Counted from the first letter of the stretch, positions 25,465 to 35,272 are shown. The stretch is DNA of 64,000 bases from Spirochaetales bacterium (GCA_037142615.1 JBAXAI010000004.1:32001-96000); one strand, 5' to 3'. Notes: generated from the letters alone by a model not told the origin. Program-made: numbers and translations.

Positions 25465-27542
25465 AGTTGGCTCCTGAGGGTGACGAGTTCGGTTTCGATG
25501 GCGTGTTTTTCTTCGGCTTCGCACTGGGGGCAGCTGAAATGCTCGCCAGCGAGGTAACCGTGGACGGGGCAAATGCTGAACGTGGGGCTGATGGTGAAGT
25601 ACGGGATGCGGTAGTTGCTGCACATGGCTTTCACCAGGCTGCGACACGCCTTCCAATCGCTGATGCGTTCGCCGAGGAACCCGTGGAACACGGTGCCGCC
25701 GGTGTACTTGGTCTGCAGGCTTTCCTGGTGGTCGAGCGCGTCGAAGATGTCGGCCGTGAAGTCGACCGGCAACTGACTGCTGTTGGTGTAGAACGGCTGC
25801 GCCAGCCCGCTGGTGATGATGTCGGGGTGGTGCTTGCGGTCGTGCAGGGCCAGGCGGTAGCTGGTGCTTTCGGCGGGGGTGGCCTCGAGGTTGAACAGGT
25901 CGCCGTAACGCTCCTGGTAGTCCTGCAGGCGCTCGCGCATGTGCACCAGAATCTCTTCGGCAAACTGCTTGCCCTCGGGGGTCTCGATGCCGTGCTCGCG
26001 GCCTAAGAAGTTCTGGCAGGTTTCGTGGATGCCGCTGAGCCCGATGGTGCTGAAGTGGTTGTCGTAGTGCTTCAAGTAGCGCTTGGTGTAGGGGAACAAG
26101 CCCGCGTCGGTGAGGCGGCTGATCACCTTGCGCTTGATGGTGAGGCTCTGCGCAGCGAGGTCCATCAGGTGGTCGAGGCGGTTGTAAAAGTCCAGTTTGT
26201 CGGGCTTTCCACCACGCGAGGCGAGGTAGCCGATGCGCGGCAAGTTGATGGTGACGACGCCGATGCTGCCGGTGAACTCGTCGCTGCCGAACAAACCGCC
26301 GCCTCGCTTGCGCAGTTCGCGTTTGTCGAGCTGCAGGCGGCAGCACATGGAGCGCACGTCGCTGGGGTCGAGGTCGCTGTTGAGGAAGTTCTGGAAGTAC
26401 GGGGTGCCGTACTTGGCGGTCATGTCGAACAGCAGCTGCGCGTTGGGGCTGTCCCACGCGAAGTCGCGGGTGATGTTGTAGGTGGGAATGGGGTAGGCGA
26501 ACCCTCGGCCCTGAGCGTCGCCGGTGATCATCACTTCGAGGAAGGCCTTGTTCACCAGATCCATCTCGGCCTGGCAGTCGCCGTAGGTGTAGTCCAGGTC
26601 CTTGCCACCGACGACGGCCTGGCGGTCCTTGAGGTCGCTGGGAACGGTCCAGTCGAGCGTGATGTTGGTAAACGGGGCCTGGCTGCCCCAACGGCTGGGA
26701 GTGTTGACGCCGTAAATGAAACTCTGCACGGCCTGCAGCACGTCGTCGTAGCTCAGGTGGTCTTCGCGCACGAACGGGGCCAGGTAGGTGTCGAAGCTGC
26801 TGAGCGCCTGCGCGCCGGCCCACTCGTTCTGCATCACGCCCAGAAAGTTGACCATCTGGTTGACCAGCGTGCTCAGGTGCTTGGCAGGGCTGGAGCAGAT
26901 TTTGTCGTTCACGCCGCCCAGGCCTTCGACGATGAGCTGTCGGAGGCTCCAACCGGCGCAGTACCCGCTGAACATGCTCAGGTCGTGCAGGTGAAAGTCG
27001 GCGTTCTGGTGGGCTTCGGCAATGGCCTCGGGGTACACGTTGCGCAGCCAGTAGTTGGCCGTCAGCGTGCCCGAGTTGTGCAGGATGAGGCCGCCCAGGC
27101 TGTAGTTCACGTTGGCGTTTTCTTTGACCCGCCAGTCGGCGCCCGAAAGGTAGCCTTCCATGGTCTCGCCGATGTCGAGCATGAGCTTTTTGCTGTCGCG
27201 CAGGGCCGCGTGGCGCTCGCGGTAGAGGATGAACGCCTTGGCCAGGTCGGCGTGGTTGCCCTCGATGAGCGCGACCTCGATGCGGTCCTGGATGGCTTCG
27301 ATATCGGGGGTGCCGCTCAGACCGTGGAGCACCTGGTTGGTCAGGTGGGTGACGAGGTCTTCATCGACCGCGCCGCGCACGGCGGTGAACGTTTTGCGGA
27401 GCGTCGCCTTAACGCGCTCAGGGTCGAATGGACGAGTCTCTCCGTCACGGGTGACGACGAGCGGAACGGGTCCGGCCGGCGCGATTTCCTGGCGTGTGAA
27501 CCCCAGAAAGTCCTGCCAGACTTCACGAGAACTATTGGACAT
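25461..27542 (-). CDS. nrdD: Anaerobic (class III) ribonucleoside-triphosphate reductase lacking the C-terminal glycyl-radical loop
   Basis: ATP cone VVTRDG, SGYCAGW, SMCCRL, EATPAES, YTNSSQ, Zn site CPVHG..CPQC, then stop. Confidence 0.93.
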   Translation of the reverse strand: MSNSSREVWQDFLGFTRQEIAPAGPVPLVVTRDGETRPFDPERVKATLRKTFTAVRGAVDEDLVTHLTNQVLHGLSGTPDIEAIQDRIEVALIEGNHADLAKAFILYRERHAALRDSKKLMLDIGETMEGYLSGADWRVKENANVNYSLGGLILHNSGTLTANYWLRNVYPEAIAEAHQNADFHLHDLSMFSGYCAGWSLRQLIVEGLGGVNDKICSSPAKHLSTLVNQMVNFLGVMQNEWAGAQALSSFDTYLAPFVREDHLSYDDVLQAVQSFIYGVNTPSRWGSQAPFTNITLDWTVPSDLKDRQAVVGGKDLDYTYGDCQAEMDLVNKAFLEVMITGDAQGRGFAYPIPTYNITRDFAWDSPNAQLLFDMTAKYGTPYFQNFLNSDLDPSDVRSMCCRLQLDKRELRKRGGGLFGSDEFTGSIGVVTINLPRIGYLASRGGKPDKLDFYNRLDHLMDLAAQSLTIKRKVISRLTDAGLFPYTKRYLKHYDNHFSTIGLSGIHETCQNFLGREHGIETPEGKQFAEEILVHMRERLQDYQERYGDLFNLEATPAESTSYRLALHDRKHHPDIITSGLAQPFYTNSSQLPVDFTADIFDALDHQESLQTKYTGGTVFHGFLGERISDWKACRSLVKAMCSNYRIPYFTISPTFSICPVHGYLAGEHFSCPQCEAEEKHAIETELVTLRSQL

Positions 27543-27607
27543 GGTACCGAGCCTCCCAGCTTTCAGCGCTTCCCCAAGCGCATGGCGCTCAGCGAACGCC
27601 GAGCTAA

Positions 27608-27623
27608 CCCCTAGCTGTAGCGT
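27608..27623 (-). promoter_or_regulatory. Possible NrdR box upstream of nrdD
   Basis: ACGCTACAGCTAGGGG resembles the NrdR palindrome (acaCwAtATaTwGtgt) about 65 bp upstream of nrdD; imperfect, and no clear second box. Confidence 0.35.
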
Positions 27624-27729
27624 GTCAGCGGGGTTGTTTAGCAGGGTAAAACACTATGGAGAAGTTGACAAGGGTAAAACTCGGTAAACTTCTGCTGACT
27701 TGGCGTCAGTTCCGTGCGACACTGGTCGA

Positions 27730-28953
27730 GTGAAGAGCCGACTCACCCTAGCCTTGAACGAACTGATCAGCCTGATCCGCGATATCGGTACCGTCTACGA
27801 CCTGTCCGACGTGCTCAAGCGTGCCGCCGACGTGGTTGCCCGGGTGCTCCCCGCCAATCGCGTCACCATCATCATCGTGAACCGAGAGGAACGCGCCGTT
27901 GAGTACTTCTGCGAGGGTGGACACGGGGCGGGTGACACGGTGGAGTTTAGCTACGACGAGTTCGAGAACAGCCCTGCGGGTTGGGTACTTGAGCACCAGA
28001 CCAGCACCCGTTCCGACACTGGATCCAGTTTGGTTGTGCCGCTGCTGGTGGGCGGTACCGTGCGCGGGACCATGTCGGTCAACAACCGTGCCGACCAATC
28101 GGCGTTCACTGCCGACGACGGTACAGTGCTGGAGATCGTGGGTAACTTCTGTAGCGCCGCGTTTGAAAAGACGGCCGAAGTGTTGCGGGGGCAGCAGGTG
28201 AGCGCGGCCCTCGAAACGGCTAACTTGCTGCTGCGTCACGAAACCGACCTGAAAACCAAGCTGTTCAGCATCCTGGCCCACGACCTGCGCGGCCCTATGG
28301 GCAATGTTCGCGAGGCCCTCCGACTTCTCGTCGATGGTCCCGAGTTTGAAGCTTCGGATCGGCTGGAATTGCTGGCGTTGACGGCTGACTCTGCTGACAA
28401 GGCGTACGGTCTCACGGAAAACGTTCTCGGCTGGATCCAGAATCAGCTCGACCACGATCCGGAACGGTTCGTCGACACGTCGCTGGCCGAGGCCGTGGAT
28501 CAGGTGATCACATGGCTGGCGCCTTTGGCCGTAAAGAAGTCGATTCGCCTGGCCGCCGAGACGTCACCGGAACACCGTTTTTTCGCCGATGCGGGAAGCG
28601 TGGCTGCTATCGTGCGCAATCTGGCCTCGAATGCCATCAAGTTCTCACCTGCGGGGACCACCGTGACCCTTCGTACGTTGCGGGACGACGTCATGACCTG
28701 CGTCGAAGTGCAGGACCAAGGTGTCGGCATTCCTCAGGAAAAGGCCCAGGGGCTTTTCAGTCGGGCAAAGAACGACTCCACAAAGGGAACCAGTGGCGAG
28801 GCCGGCAGCGGCTTGGGCTTGATGTTCTGCTGCGACTTGGCGCAGAGCTTCGGGGGAATTCTGGAAGTAGAGAGCGAGGTGGGCCGGGGGTCCCTCTTCC
28901 GACTGGTCGTTCCCAACGGTTCGGGAACCGACAACGGCGGGATGGAGTTTTAA
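27730..28953 (+). CDS. Cytoplasmic GAF-sensor histidine kinase
   Basis: GAF SLVVPLLVGGTVRGTM..FTADD; FSILAHDLRGP, RNLASNAIKFS, DQGVGI, GSGLGL; start uncertain (27700 or 27730). Confidence 0.9.
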   Translation: MKSRLTLALNELISLIRDIGTVYDLSDVLKRAADVVARVLPANRVTIIIVNREERAVEYFCEGGHGAGDTVEFSYDEFENSPAGWVLEHQTSTRSDTGSSLVVPLLVGGTVRGTMSVNNRADQSAFTADDGTVLEIVGNFCSAAFEKTAEVLRGQQVSAALETANLLLRHETDLKTKLFSILAHDLRGPMGNVREALRLLVDGPEFEASDRLELLALTADSADKAYGLTENVLGWIQNQLDHDPERFVDTSLAEAVDQVITWLAPLAVKKSIRLAAETSPEHRFFADAGSVAAIVRNLASNAIKFSPAGTTVTLRTLRDDVMTCVEVQDQGVGIPQEKAQGLFSRAKNDSTKGTSGEAGSGLGLMFCCDLAQSFGGILEVESEVGRGSLFRLVVPNGSGTDNGGMEF

Positions 28954-28994
28954 TCGACCGACTTCATACTGACGAAAGCAAGATCTCTCTGGGA

Positions 28995-29157
28995 TCAAAC
29001 GAGCAGAATACCCGTATCGTAGGCCGCCACCTGGGCCTCGCTGGTGACCAGGCGGTAGGGCTCGTGCAAAGCCTGAGCACCGAGAAGGCGATCAAAGGGA
29101 TCGGTGTGTGCTTGATCGAGATCTCCCACACGGACGCCGCGCTCACGGCTACCTCGA
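28995..29157 (-). pseudogene. Remnant of a VapC/PIN toxin gene with an internal deletion and missing 5' end
   Basis: EVAVSAASVWEISIKH joined out of frame to HTDPFDRLLGAQALHEPYRLVT; both are hallmark PIN motifs normally separated by several tens of residues. Confidence 0.75.
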
Positions 29158-30010
29158 TAAAGACAAGAATCTCGTCGTTCCTCTGATCTTGGGCAACTAC
29201 CCCGTCCAAAACTTCGATAGCGGCAAGTCGCACAGGATCTTTGATGTATCGGTGCATTCCGACGATCCAACGGTCGTGGTCAGTGGGGGATATCTCGTGA
29301 ATCTCACCACGGGTGCGATGCTTCGAGTCGGCGACTCAGGGGCTTTTCCGTCGGCCCTGATGTATGGCGGCACACTCTTGTGGGGACGAACGGACGCGGG
29401 AGCGAGCGCCGGGGGAACGGTTGTCAACAAATCCCATTTCTATTCTTACCCCACCGAGACTGGGCTGACTACCGAGCTGGCCGGCATTGGCAACTTCTGG
29501 GTAGGGCAAGTGGCACCAGTGAAGCAAGTTGACCAAAGGTGCCGCGTCCGTGGATGCCACAGTCGTCACCCAGCTGACTTTTCCCGAAGGGTCGGTCGCG
29601 CCCCTGGGTGACCGTCCAACCCGACCCCACGTTGACAGTCGCCCGAGCCCTCAAAGTCCAGGTGGGGGACGAAACGGCTGCGAACAAAAACCTGCGATCT
29701 GCGGCGAAGAGTCTGGTCCTCGGGGGCGCGGGGACGCTCATTGGCCGAACGCCCATCGCGCTGGCGTTTCCCGATACGTTGGCCTATCTGGACCTCGTCG
29801 GTGGCAACTTGGTGATTCAGTCTGCCATCGAGGACGCGGTGCCGACCGTCAAAACTGTGACACTCCCAGCCGCGCTGCTTGCGGCCAACTCGTTTGATCC
29901 TGGCCTGCTTCAGGCGGGCGAGCACACCATTTTCTGGAAGGACCAGAAAACTATCCGCATCGCCTGGACGAAGGCCAACCAGATGACGACGGGGCTCGAT
30001 TCGATTGACC
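29150..30010 (+). pseudogene. Fragmented gene for an unknown beta-rich protein
   Basis: Protein-like sequence continues across three frames (ORFs 29108, 29529, 29608) with no credible start or RBS; boundaries approximate. Confidence 0.5.
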
Positions 30011-30115
30011 CGCCCGGGGGACGCCGCAGCCATGCGCGGCGTGGGGGGCGTGTCAGCCGGCCCTCTTGTGGCAAGGGTCTGACGCCCCCCGGACTCCTGT
30101 GATAAACTAGGGCCC

Positions 30116-31318
30116 ATGGACCCTCGCCTCAAGGCCTATCAGAAGCAAAACGAACCGCCGAAAGCCGAGGCGACCAAACCCGCTGCGCCCAGGCCGGCGC
30201 CGACCGCGACGGCGCCCAAGTGGAACCAGTTTGTGCAGGATGCCGCCGTGCCGAAGACCAAGGCCGCGCCCGAGGCCAAGAAACCCGACCCGACGGCGCC
30301 AACGGCCATCGGCAAAGCGAGCCCCGACGGCGACAAATCGATCCGCAAGGTGGCCAAGTTCCTGATCTTGCTCGGGCAGGACGAAGCGGCCAAGGTGGTG
30401 CGCCACCTCGAGGCCAGTCAGATCGAGGCGATCAGCCACGAAATCGCCACCATCAAAAAGATCGACCCCTTGGAGGCCGAGCATATTTTGAAGGAGTTCG
30501 GCTACATCGCGGCCCAGCAGGTGGGGGTGATGCGGGGTGGCAAGGCGGCGGCGCAGGAGATCCTCGACGAGGCTTTTGGCAAGGAACGTTCCAAGAGCAT
30601 TCTCAACCGCGCCGTGCCCGAAACGCAGATCAAGCCGTTCCTGTTCCTCAAAGACGTCGAAAAAGAGGTGCTGCGCAGCCTGTTGGTCGGGGAATCGTTC
30701 ACGGTGCTGTCGATCGTGGTGCCCTTTTTGGAAAAAACCCAGGCCGCGGTGGTGATGAAGGGGCTTGATCCCAGCTTGAGGCTCGACCTGGTCAAACGGC
30801 TGGCCAAAATGGAAAAAGTCGCCAGTGAAATCGTCGCCAAGGTCGAAGAGGGCCTGCGCGAAAAGCTGCACAACATGAACCCGGCCACCACCGAAGAAAT
30901 CGACGGCAAGTCGCGGCTGGCCGACATTCTGCGGCACATGAGCGTCGACAAAGAGGAGCGCATCCTCAAGGACCTCGACAAGGCCAGGCCCGAGCTCACC
31001 GAGGAACTTCGGCGGCGCCTGTTCACGCCCGAACACCTGGTGCGCGTGGGCGACGACGGCTTTGAAGACATTCTGCGCGCCAAGACGGAGCAGCAACTGG
31101 CACTGCTGTGGCTGGCCAGCCACGACGAACTGCGGGCCAAGATCGAAAAGAACATCTCGACCCGGCGTTTCCTCATCGTGCAAAGTGAAATCGACCTGCT
31201 GCAGGAAACGCCGCGCCGCGAACTGCAAAAAGAAATGCGCTTCTTTCTCGAAGAGGTGCGCGAGGCGGTCCGGTCGGGCAAAGCGGCGCTGTTTGACGAC
31301 ACCGAGGAGTACGTATGA
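30116..31318 (+). CDS. fliG: Flagellar motor switch FliG paralogue with a Pro/Ala/Lys-rich N-terminal extension
   Basis: RKVAKFLILLGQDEAAKVVRHL, GGKAAAQEIL, KPFLFL, IDGKSRLADIL, PELTEELRRRLFT. Confidence 0.85.
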   Translation: MDPRLKAYQKQNEPPKAEATKPAAPRPAPTATAPKWNQFVQDAAVPKTKAAPEAKKPDPTAPTAIGKASPDGDKSIRKVAKFLILLGQDEAAKVVRHLEASQIEAISHEIATIKKIDPLEAEHILKEFGYIAAQQVGVMRGGKAAAQEILDEAFGKERSKSILNRAVPETQIKPFLFLKDVEKEVLRSLLVGESFTVLSIVVPFLEKTQAAVVMKGLDPSLRLDLVKRLAKMEKVASEIVAKVEEGLREKLHNMNPATTEEIDGKSRLADILRHMSVDKEERILKDLDKARPELTEELRRRLFTPEHLVRVGDDGFEDILRAKTEQQLALLWLASHDELRAKIEKNISTRRFLIVQSEIDLLQETPRRELQKEMRFFLEEVREAVRSGKAALFDDTEEYV

Positions 31319-31785
31319 TGGCGCAAGTCTGGATTGCCTACGTGCTGTGGCTCATGAGCGGGTTCGGGGCCCTGGGCTTTCACCGCTTCTACCTGGGCAA
31401 GATTCCAACCGGCATCCTGTGGATGTTTACCGGCGGCCTGGGCATGGTGGGGTCGATCTACGACTTTTTCACCTTGCGCGGCCAGGTCGAACAAGCCAAC
31501 TTCCGGCGAGGCTTCCTGGGTTCGCCTCAGTCGATCGAGGTGCACCACACCCGTGAAAAGCCACCGCTGGAACGGGTGATCCTGAACTTGGCCCAGCAGA
31601 ACTCGGGCCGGGTGACGGCAGCGCAGGTGGCCGCCGGCAGCGACTGGACGGTCGATCAAGCGCAAAAGGAACTCGACAACCTGGTGCGGCGCAACGTGTG
31701 CGAGCTCCGCGTGCTGAAAAGCGGTACCGTGGTGTACCACTTTGCTGAGTTTGACCCCGCGAGCAGTCAAGAGTTCGAGGTGTAG
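31315..31785 (+). CDS. TM2 (NINE) domain membrane protein with a C-terminal wHTH-like region
   Basis: IAYVLWL..GFHRFYLGKIPTGILWMFTGG. Confidence 0.85.
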   Translation: MMAQVWIAYVLWLMSGFGALGFHRFYLGKIPTGILWMFTGGLGMVGSIYDFFTLRGQVEQANFRRGFLGSPQSIEVHHTREKPPLERVILNLAQQNSGRVTAAQVAAGSDWTVDQAQKELDNLVRRNVCELRVLKSGTVVYHFAEFDPASSQEFEV

Positions 31786-31786
31786 C

Positions 31787-32734
31787 ATGAGCGAAGCCCG
31801 AGCGTGGCGCGACAAGGTTGCGGCCGAGATCGGCAAGGTCTTTTTCGGTGACGGGCGTGCGGTGGACTGGCTCTTGACCAGCCTGCTCGCTGGCGGACAC
31901 GTGCTGCTCGAAGACGTCCCCGGGGTGGGCAAGACCCTGCTGGCCAAAGCGGCGGCGCAGGCTCTGGGCGGAAGTTTCGCCCGCGTGCAAGGCACCCCCG
32001 ACTTGTTGCCCAGCGACTTGCTGGGGTTCTCGGTGTACAACCCCCACGACGGCAGTTTCAGCTTCCGCACCGGTCCGCTCGAAAACACCATCATTCTGTT
32101 TGACGAGATCAACCGGGCCAGCCCGCGCACGCAGTCGGCGCTGTTGCAGGCCATGGGCGAGGGCGAGCTCAGCCGTGACGGCCGGGTGGTGGCGCTGCCC
32201 GACCCGTGGCTGGTGATCGCCACCGAGAATCCCGTCGAGTTTGAAGGCACGTTTGTGCTCCCCGAGGCGCAGAAAGACCGGTTCTTGATGGGGTTTTCAC
32301 TCGGTTACCCCAGCCGCGAGCACGAAACGGCCCTTGTCACGGGAGGGGGCTACCAGCGCCGCGGACTCGAAGGCGTAGCGGCCGTTTCGGGTCCCGACGA
32401 GGTGCGTCGCTTGCGCGGTCTTCTGCCCGGAGTGTTCGTCGATCCCAAAGTGACCGGGTACCTGCTCGATCTGACCGAGGCGACCCGGCAGGATCCGAGC
32501 TTCCGGTTGGGACTTTCGCCCCGGGGCAGCCAGGCGATGTTCCAGGCTTGCCGGGCGCTGGCGCTGATCCGGGGCCGTGATTTCGTGCTGCCCGACGACG
32601 TGCGCGAGCTGTTCTTGCCGGTGCTGGGGCCCCGCATGGTTCTCAAGCCCACGGCGGCGGCGCGCGGCCACGACGTGAAAACCCTGCTTGCCAGCCTGCT
32701 GGACCGGCTGCCCACCCCAGCCCTGCGGCTATGA
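31787..32734 (+). CDS. MoxR-family AAA+ ATPase
   Basis: HVLLEDVPGVGKT, TPDLLPSD, DEINRASPRTQSALL, ATENPVEFEGT, LSPRG. Confidence 0.95.
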   Translation: MSEARAWRDKVAAEIGKVFFGDGRAVDWLLTSLLAGGHVLLEDVPGVGKTLLAKAAAQALGGSFARVQGTPDLLPSDLLGFSVYNPHDGSFSFRTGPLENTIILFDEINRASPRTQSALLQAMGEGELSRDGRVVALPDPWLVIATENPVEFEGTFVLPEAQKDRFLMGFSLGYPSREHETALVTGGGYQRRGLEGVAAVSGPDEVRRLRGLLPGVFVDPKVTGYLLDLTEATRQDPSFRLGLSPRGSQAMFQACRALALIRGRDFVLPDDVRELFLPVLGPRMVLKPTAAARGHDVKTLLASLLDRLPTPALRL

Positions 32735-33813
32735 TCGCGGGCGCGGCTCTGGTGCTGGCGGGGTTGGCGGTTCCCTGGCCGCTGGTGCGCTGGAGCTTGG
32801 TGCTGGTCGGGCTGTTCGTGGCCGCCTCGCGGGCCTGGGCACTGCTGCTGTCGACCTCGCTGCGGGTCAAGGCCGAGTTTCCCACCGAAAGATCGTTCAG
32901 CGGCCAGGTCCTCGAAGTCCGCTACCGGCTGGAAAACCGGGGGCCGCTAGCCTCGGGAGTGGTCCATTTGGCTGACTTTGCCGGCAACCTCGAAATCCTC
33001 GGTTCTGCCCGTCATTTCGTCAGTCCGGGACCTCTGGGTGTGCGGCGCTTTGGCTACCGGCTGAAGCCCAACGCGCGCGGTCTGGTCGAATTGGGACCGT
33101 TCGAAGTGAGCGCGAGCGATCCGGCGGGGTTTTTCCCGTTCCGCAACGTGCAGAAAGGCGATCAGCGGCGGCTTGTCGTGTACCCGCCCCTGCGCCCGGG
33201 GACAGACCTCAGCGACGACGGGCTTCCACCCGGGTCGCGGCAGCGCGACCACTATTGGGAAGAAGACAACACGCGCTTCCGGGCCTACCGCGAGTTCCGC
33301 GAGGGGGACGAGTTGTCGCGCCTGGTGGCTTCGGCCTCGTCGCGCCTTCAGATGCCGGTGGTGCGCACCTTTGACCGCACGCGGGCGTACCCGGTGTTGG
33401 TGTTTCTCGACCTGCGGCTGCACCGCTACCCTCTCAAACAGCGCTGGGCCGTGGTCGAGCGGGTGGTCGAAACGGCCGCGGGGATGCTTTGGGCCGCTTT
33501 GTCCCGGGGTGAAACGGCGTGGATGTCGGCTATTGGTCACCGCGCCACAGATGACATCGCCGGCGGCGCAGAAAGGTGGGGTCCCGGTAACGACCCCGCT
33601 TCGGCGCAGGGTTTTCTGGAGGCGCTGGCGGTGATCCGGCCTTGGGAGGGTACTCCTGCCCTGGATTGGGACGAAGCGGCTTGGTGGGGCAGTTTGCCCG
33701 CACCCCCCTTGCAGGTGTTCCGGCTCGGACCGCGGCCGCAACAGATCGGCGCCGCTACTGACGAGTCTGCCGACTGGAAGCGCCGCTGGAAGGTGACCGA
33801 TGTCTGGCTCTGA
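32731..33813 (+). CDS. DUF58-family protein
   Basis: RGLVELGP..DPAGFF, LVVYP, FRAYREFREGD; follows moxR. Confidence 0.8.
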   Translation: MIAGAALVLAGLAVPWPLVRWSLVLVGLFVAASRAWALLLSTSLRVKAEFPTERSFSGQVLEVRYRLENRGPLASGVVHLADFAGNLEILGSARHFVSPGPLGVRRFGYRLKPNARGLVELGPFEVSASDPAGFFPFRNVQKGDQRRLVVYPPLRPGTDLSDDGLPPGSRQRDHYWEEDNTRFRAYREFREGDELSRLVASASSRLQMPVVRTFDRTRAYPVLVFLDLRLHRYPLKQRWAVVERVVETAAGMLWAALSRGETAWMSAIGHRATDDIAGGAERWGPGNDPASAQGFLEALAVIRPWEGTPALDWDEAAWWGSLPAPPLQVFRLGPRPQQIGAATDESADWKRRWKVTDVWL

Positions 33814-35272
33814 ATTGTCGCCTCGGAGCGAGCTTCAGCCGTTTCACGCGCCGCAGGGGTTGCACCTGGTGTTGGCGGTCGGGCTCCCATGGCTGGCCAC
33901 GGCGCTGCTGACGTGGGAGGCGTTTTCGCCCTGGCCGTGGGGCCTGTGCGTACTTGCGCTCGCCCACGGGCTGGCGCTGGGGTTCTGGGCGCCGTGGAGC
34001 CTGTTTTCGCGCCAGAATCCGCTGGTGAAGTTCTGGCTGTGGCTGGGGCTTCAAGTACTCACCGGGGCCTTTCTCTTCCTCTTTGGCGGCGAGTTCTGGT
34101 GGGGCTGGGGCCTGCTGTTGTTTGTGCAAGGGCAGCTGACCGTCATCTTGCAGAACCAACTGACGCCCCGGGCCCGGCTGTACTTCAAGCTCGAAGGGAT
34201 CGCGGACGGTCCGGCTCTCGAGGCCCGGGTGCACGATTTTCAGCTGGACGCGGACTTTTCGGCCGGCAACCGGCACGAGCTGCTCGGGCACCTCGCCGCG
34301 CTGGGTGTGGTGGTCGTGGCGGTGTCGTCCAGCCTTCCCCGGGGAATGACCTCGTTGGGAACGCTGCTGGCCGCCGGGTTTGTCGTGCTGCTGCTCGTGG
34401 TGGCGGCGATGACCGGCGGGTGGCGCCGCGAGATGGGGGCGCTGGTGTACGGACGGCGCTTCACCTGGGCCGAGAAGGCGAGGTCCCTCGCACTCGCCGT
34501 GGGCTTGCTGGCGGTTTGTGCCCTGGGCGCGTGGCTGCTGGTCAGCACCGTGGGAACCTTGGTCGACTGGAGGAAGCTCCTTTCCGGAGCGCCGCACATC
34601 CCGGTCCCTGAGGCACCTCAGTACCCGATCCAACCCGTGTTGCCTCCCGAGGCCAGCGAGGGTCCGTCGTTCTCGGCCCTCGTGATCGCCTTTTGGTACC
34701 GGGTGCTGCACGTGGACCGGCTTGTCCTGCTGGTGGGCGTGGGGCTGCAGGTGCTCGCGGTGGCCCTTCCGTTGGGCCTGCTGTTGTGGGCGCTGTGGCC
34801 TCTGTTCCGCCTCTTGGGGCCCGACAGACCCCGAACCCCGGGTCTGCTCCGGCTCTGGTGGAAGCTCTTGTTGTTGCAGTGGAAGGAGTTCTGGCACCGG
34901 CTGTGGGTGCTTCCTGGCGAACTCGCCCCTTCGGCCGACCGCGAATTGTTGCCTCTGCAAGGGGTCGATGCGTGGCTGGCGTCGTTGGTACGTTCGCAAA
35001 AAGGCAAACGCCTCCCGTTGTACCCGGAATTGCTGGCCGCGTTTGTGCGGCTGTTGGAATGGGCCCGGCCCGAAGTGGAGTACCAGCTTGGCGAGACGAC
35101 GACCGCCTGGGCCCGCCGCGTGGCAGCCGTTTTTCCGCTTCAGGCTGCCGAGGTGCTGCGGGTCTCAGAGCTGCTCGAAGTCGAACTGTTCTCGTCGCGG
35201 CGCCTCGACGCCGGGGGGCGGCGGGAGTTCCTTGCGGCAGTGAACTCAGTCGTTGTAAGCTCCAAAGTATGA
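33800..35272 (+). CDS. Multi-pass membrane protein, possible DUF4129-type C-terminus
   Basis: Many TM segments; C-terminal GETTTAWARRV..ELFS; typical third gene of moxR-DUF58 operons. Confidence 0.65.
   Translation: MSGSELSPRSELQPFHAPQGLHLVLAVGLPWLATALLTWEAFSPWPWGLCVLALAHGLALGFWAPWSLFSRQNPLVKFWLWLGLQVLTGAFLFLFGGEFWWGWGLLLFVQGQLTVILQNQLTPRARLYFKLEGIADGPALEARVHDFQLDADFSAGNRHELLGHLAALGVVVVAVSSSLPRGMTSLGTLLAAGFVVLLLVVAAMTGGWRREMGALVYGRRFTWAEKARSLALAVGLLAVCALGAWLLVSTVGTLVDWRKLLSGAPHIPVPEAPQYPIQPVLPPEASEGPSFSALVIAFWYRVLHVDRLVLLVGVGLQVLAVALPLGLLLWALWPLFRLLGPDRPRTPGLLRLWWKLLLLQWKEFWHRLWVLPGELAPSADRELLPLQGVDAWLASLVRSQKGKRLPLYPELLAAFVRLLEWARPEVEYQLGETTTAWARRVAAVFPLQAAEVLRVSELLEVELFSSRRLDAGGRREFLAAVNSVVVSSKV

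Noticed and set aside
25455-25475. nrdD split as a sequencing frameshift
   Set aside because: The junction has an AGGAG SD and a clean ATGA stop/start overlap with no homopolymer, which favours real translational coupling; reads should still be checked.
25465-26952. Apparent 650-aa ORF overlapping nrdD
   Set aside because: Off-frame shadow in GC-rich DNA; only the last 154 codons are protein-like and have an SD.
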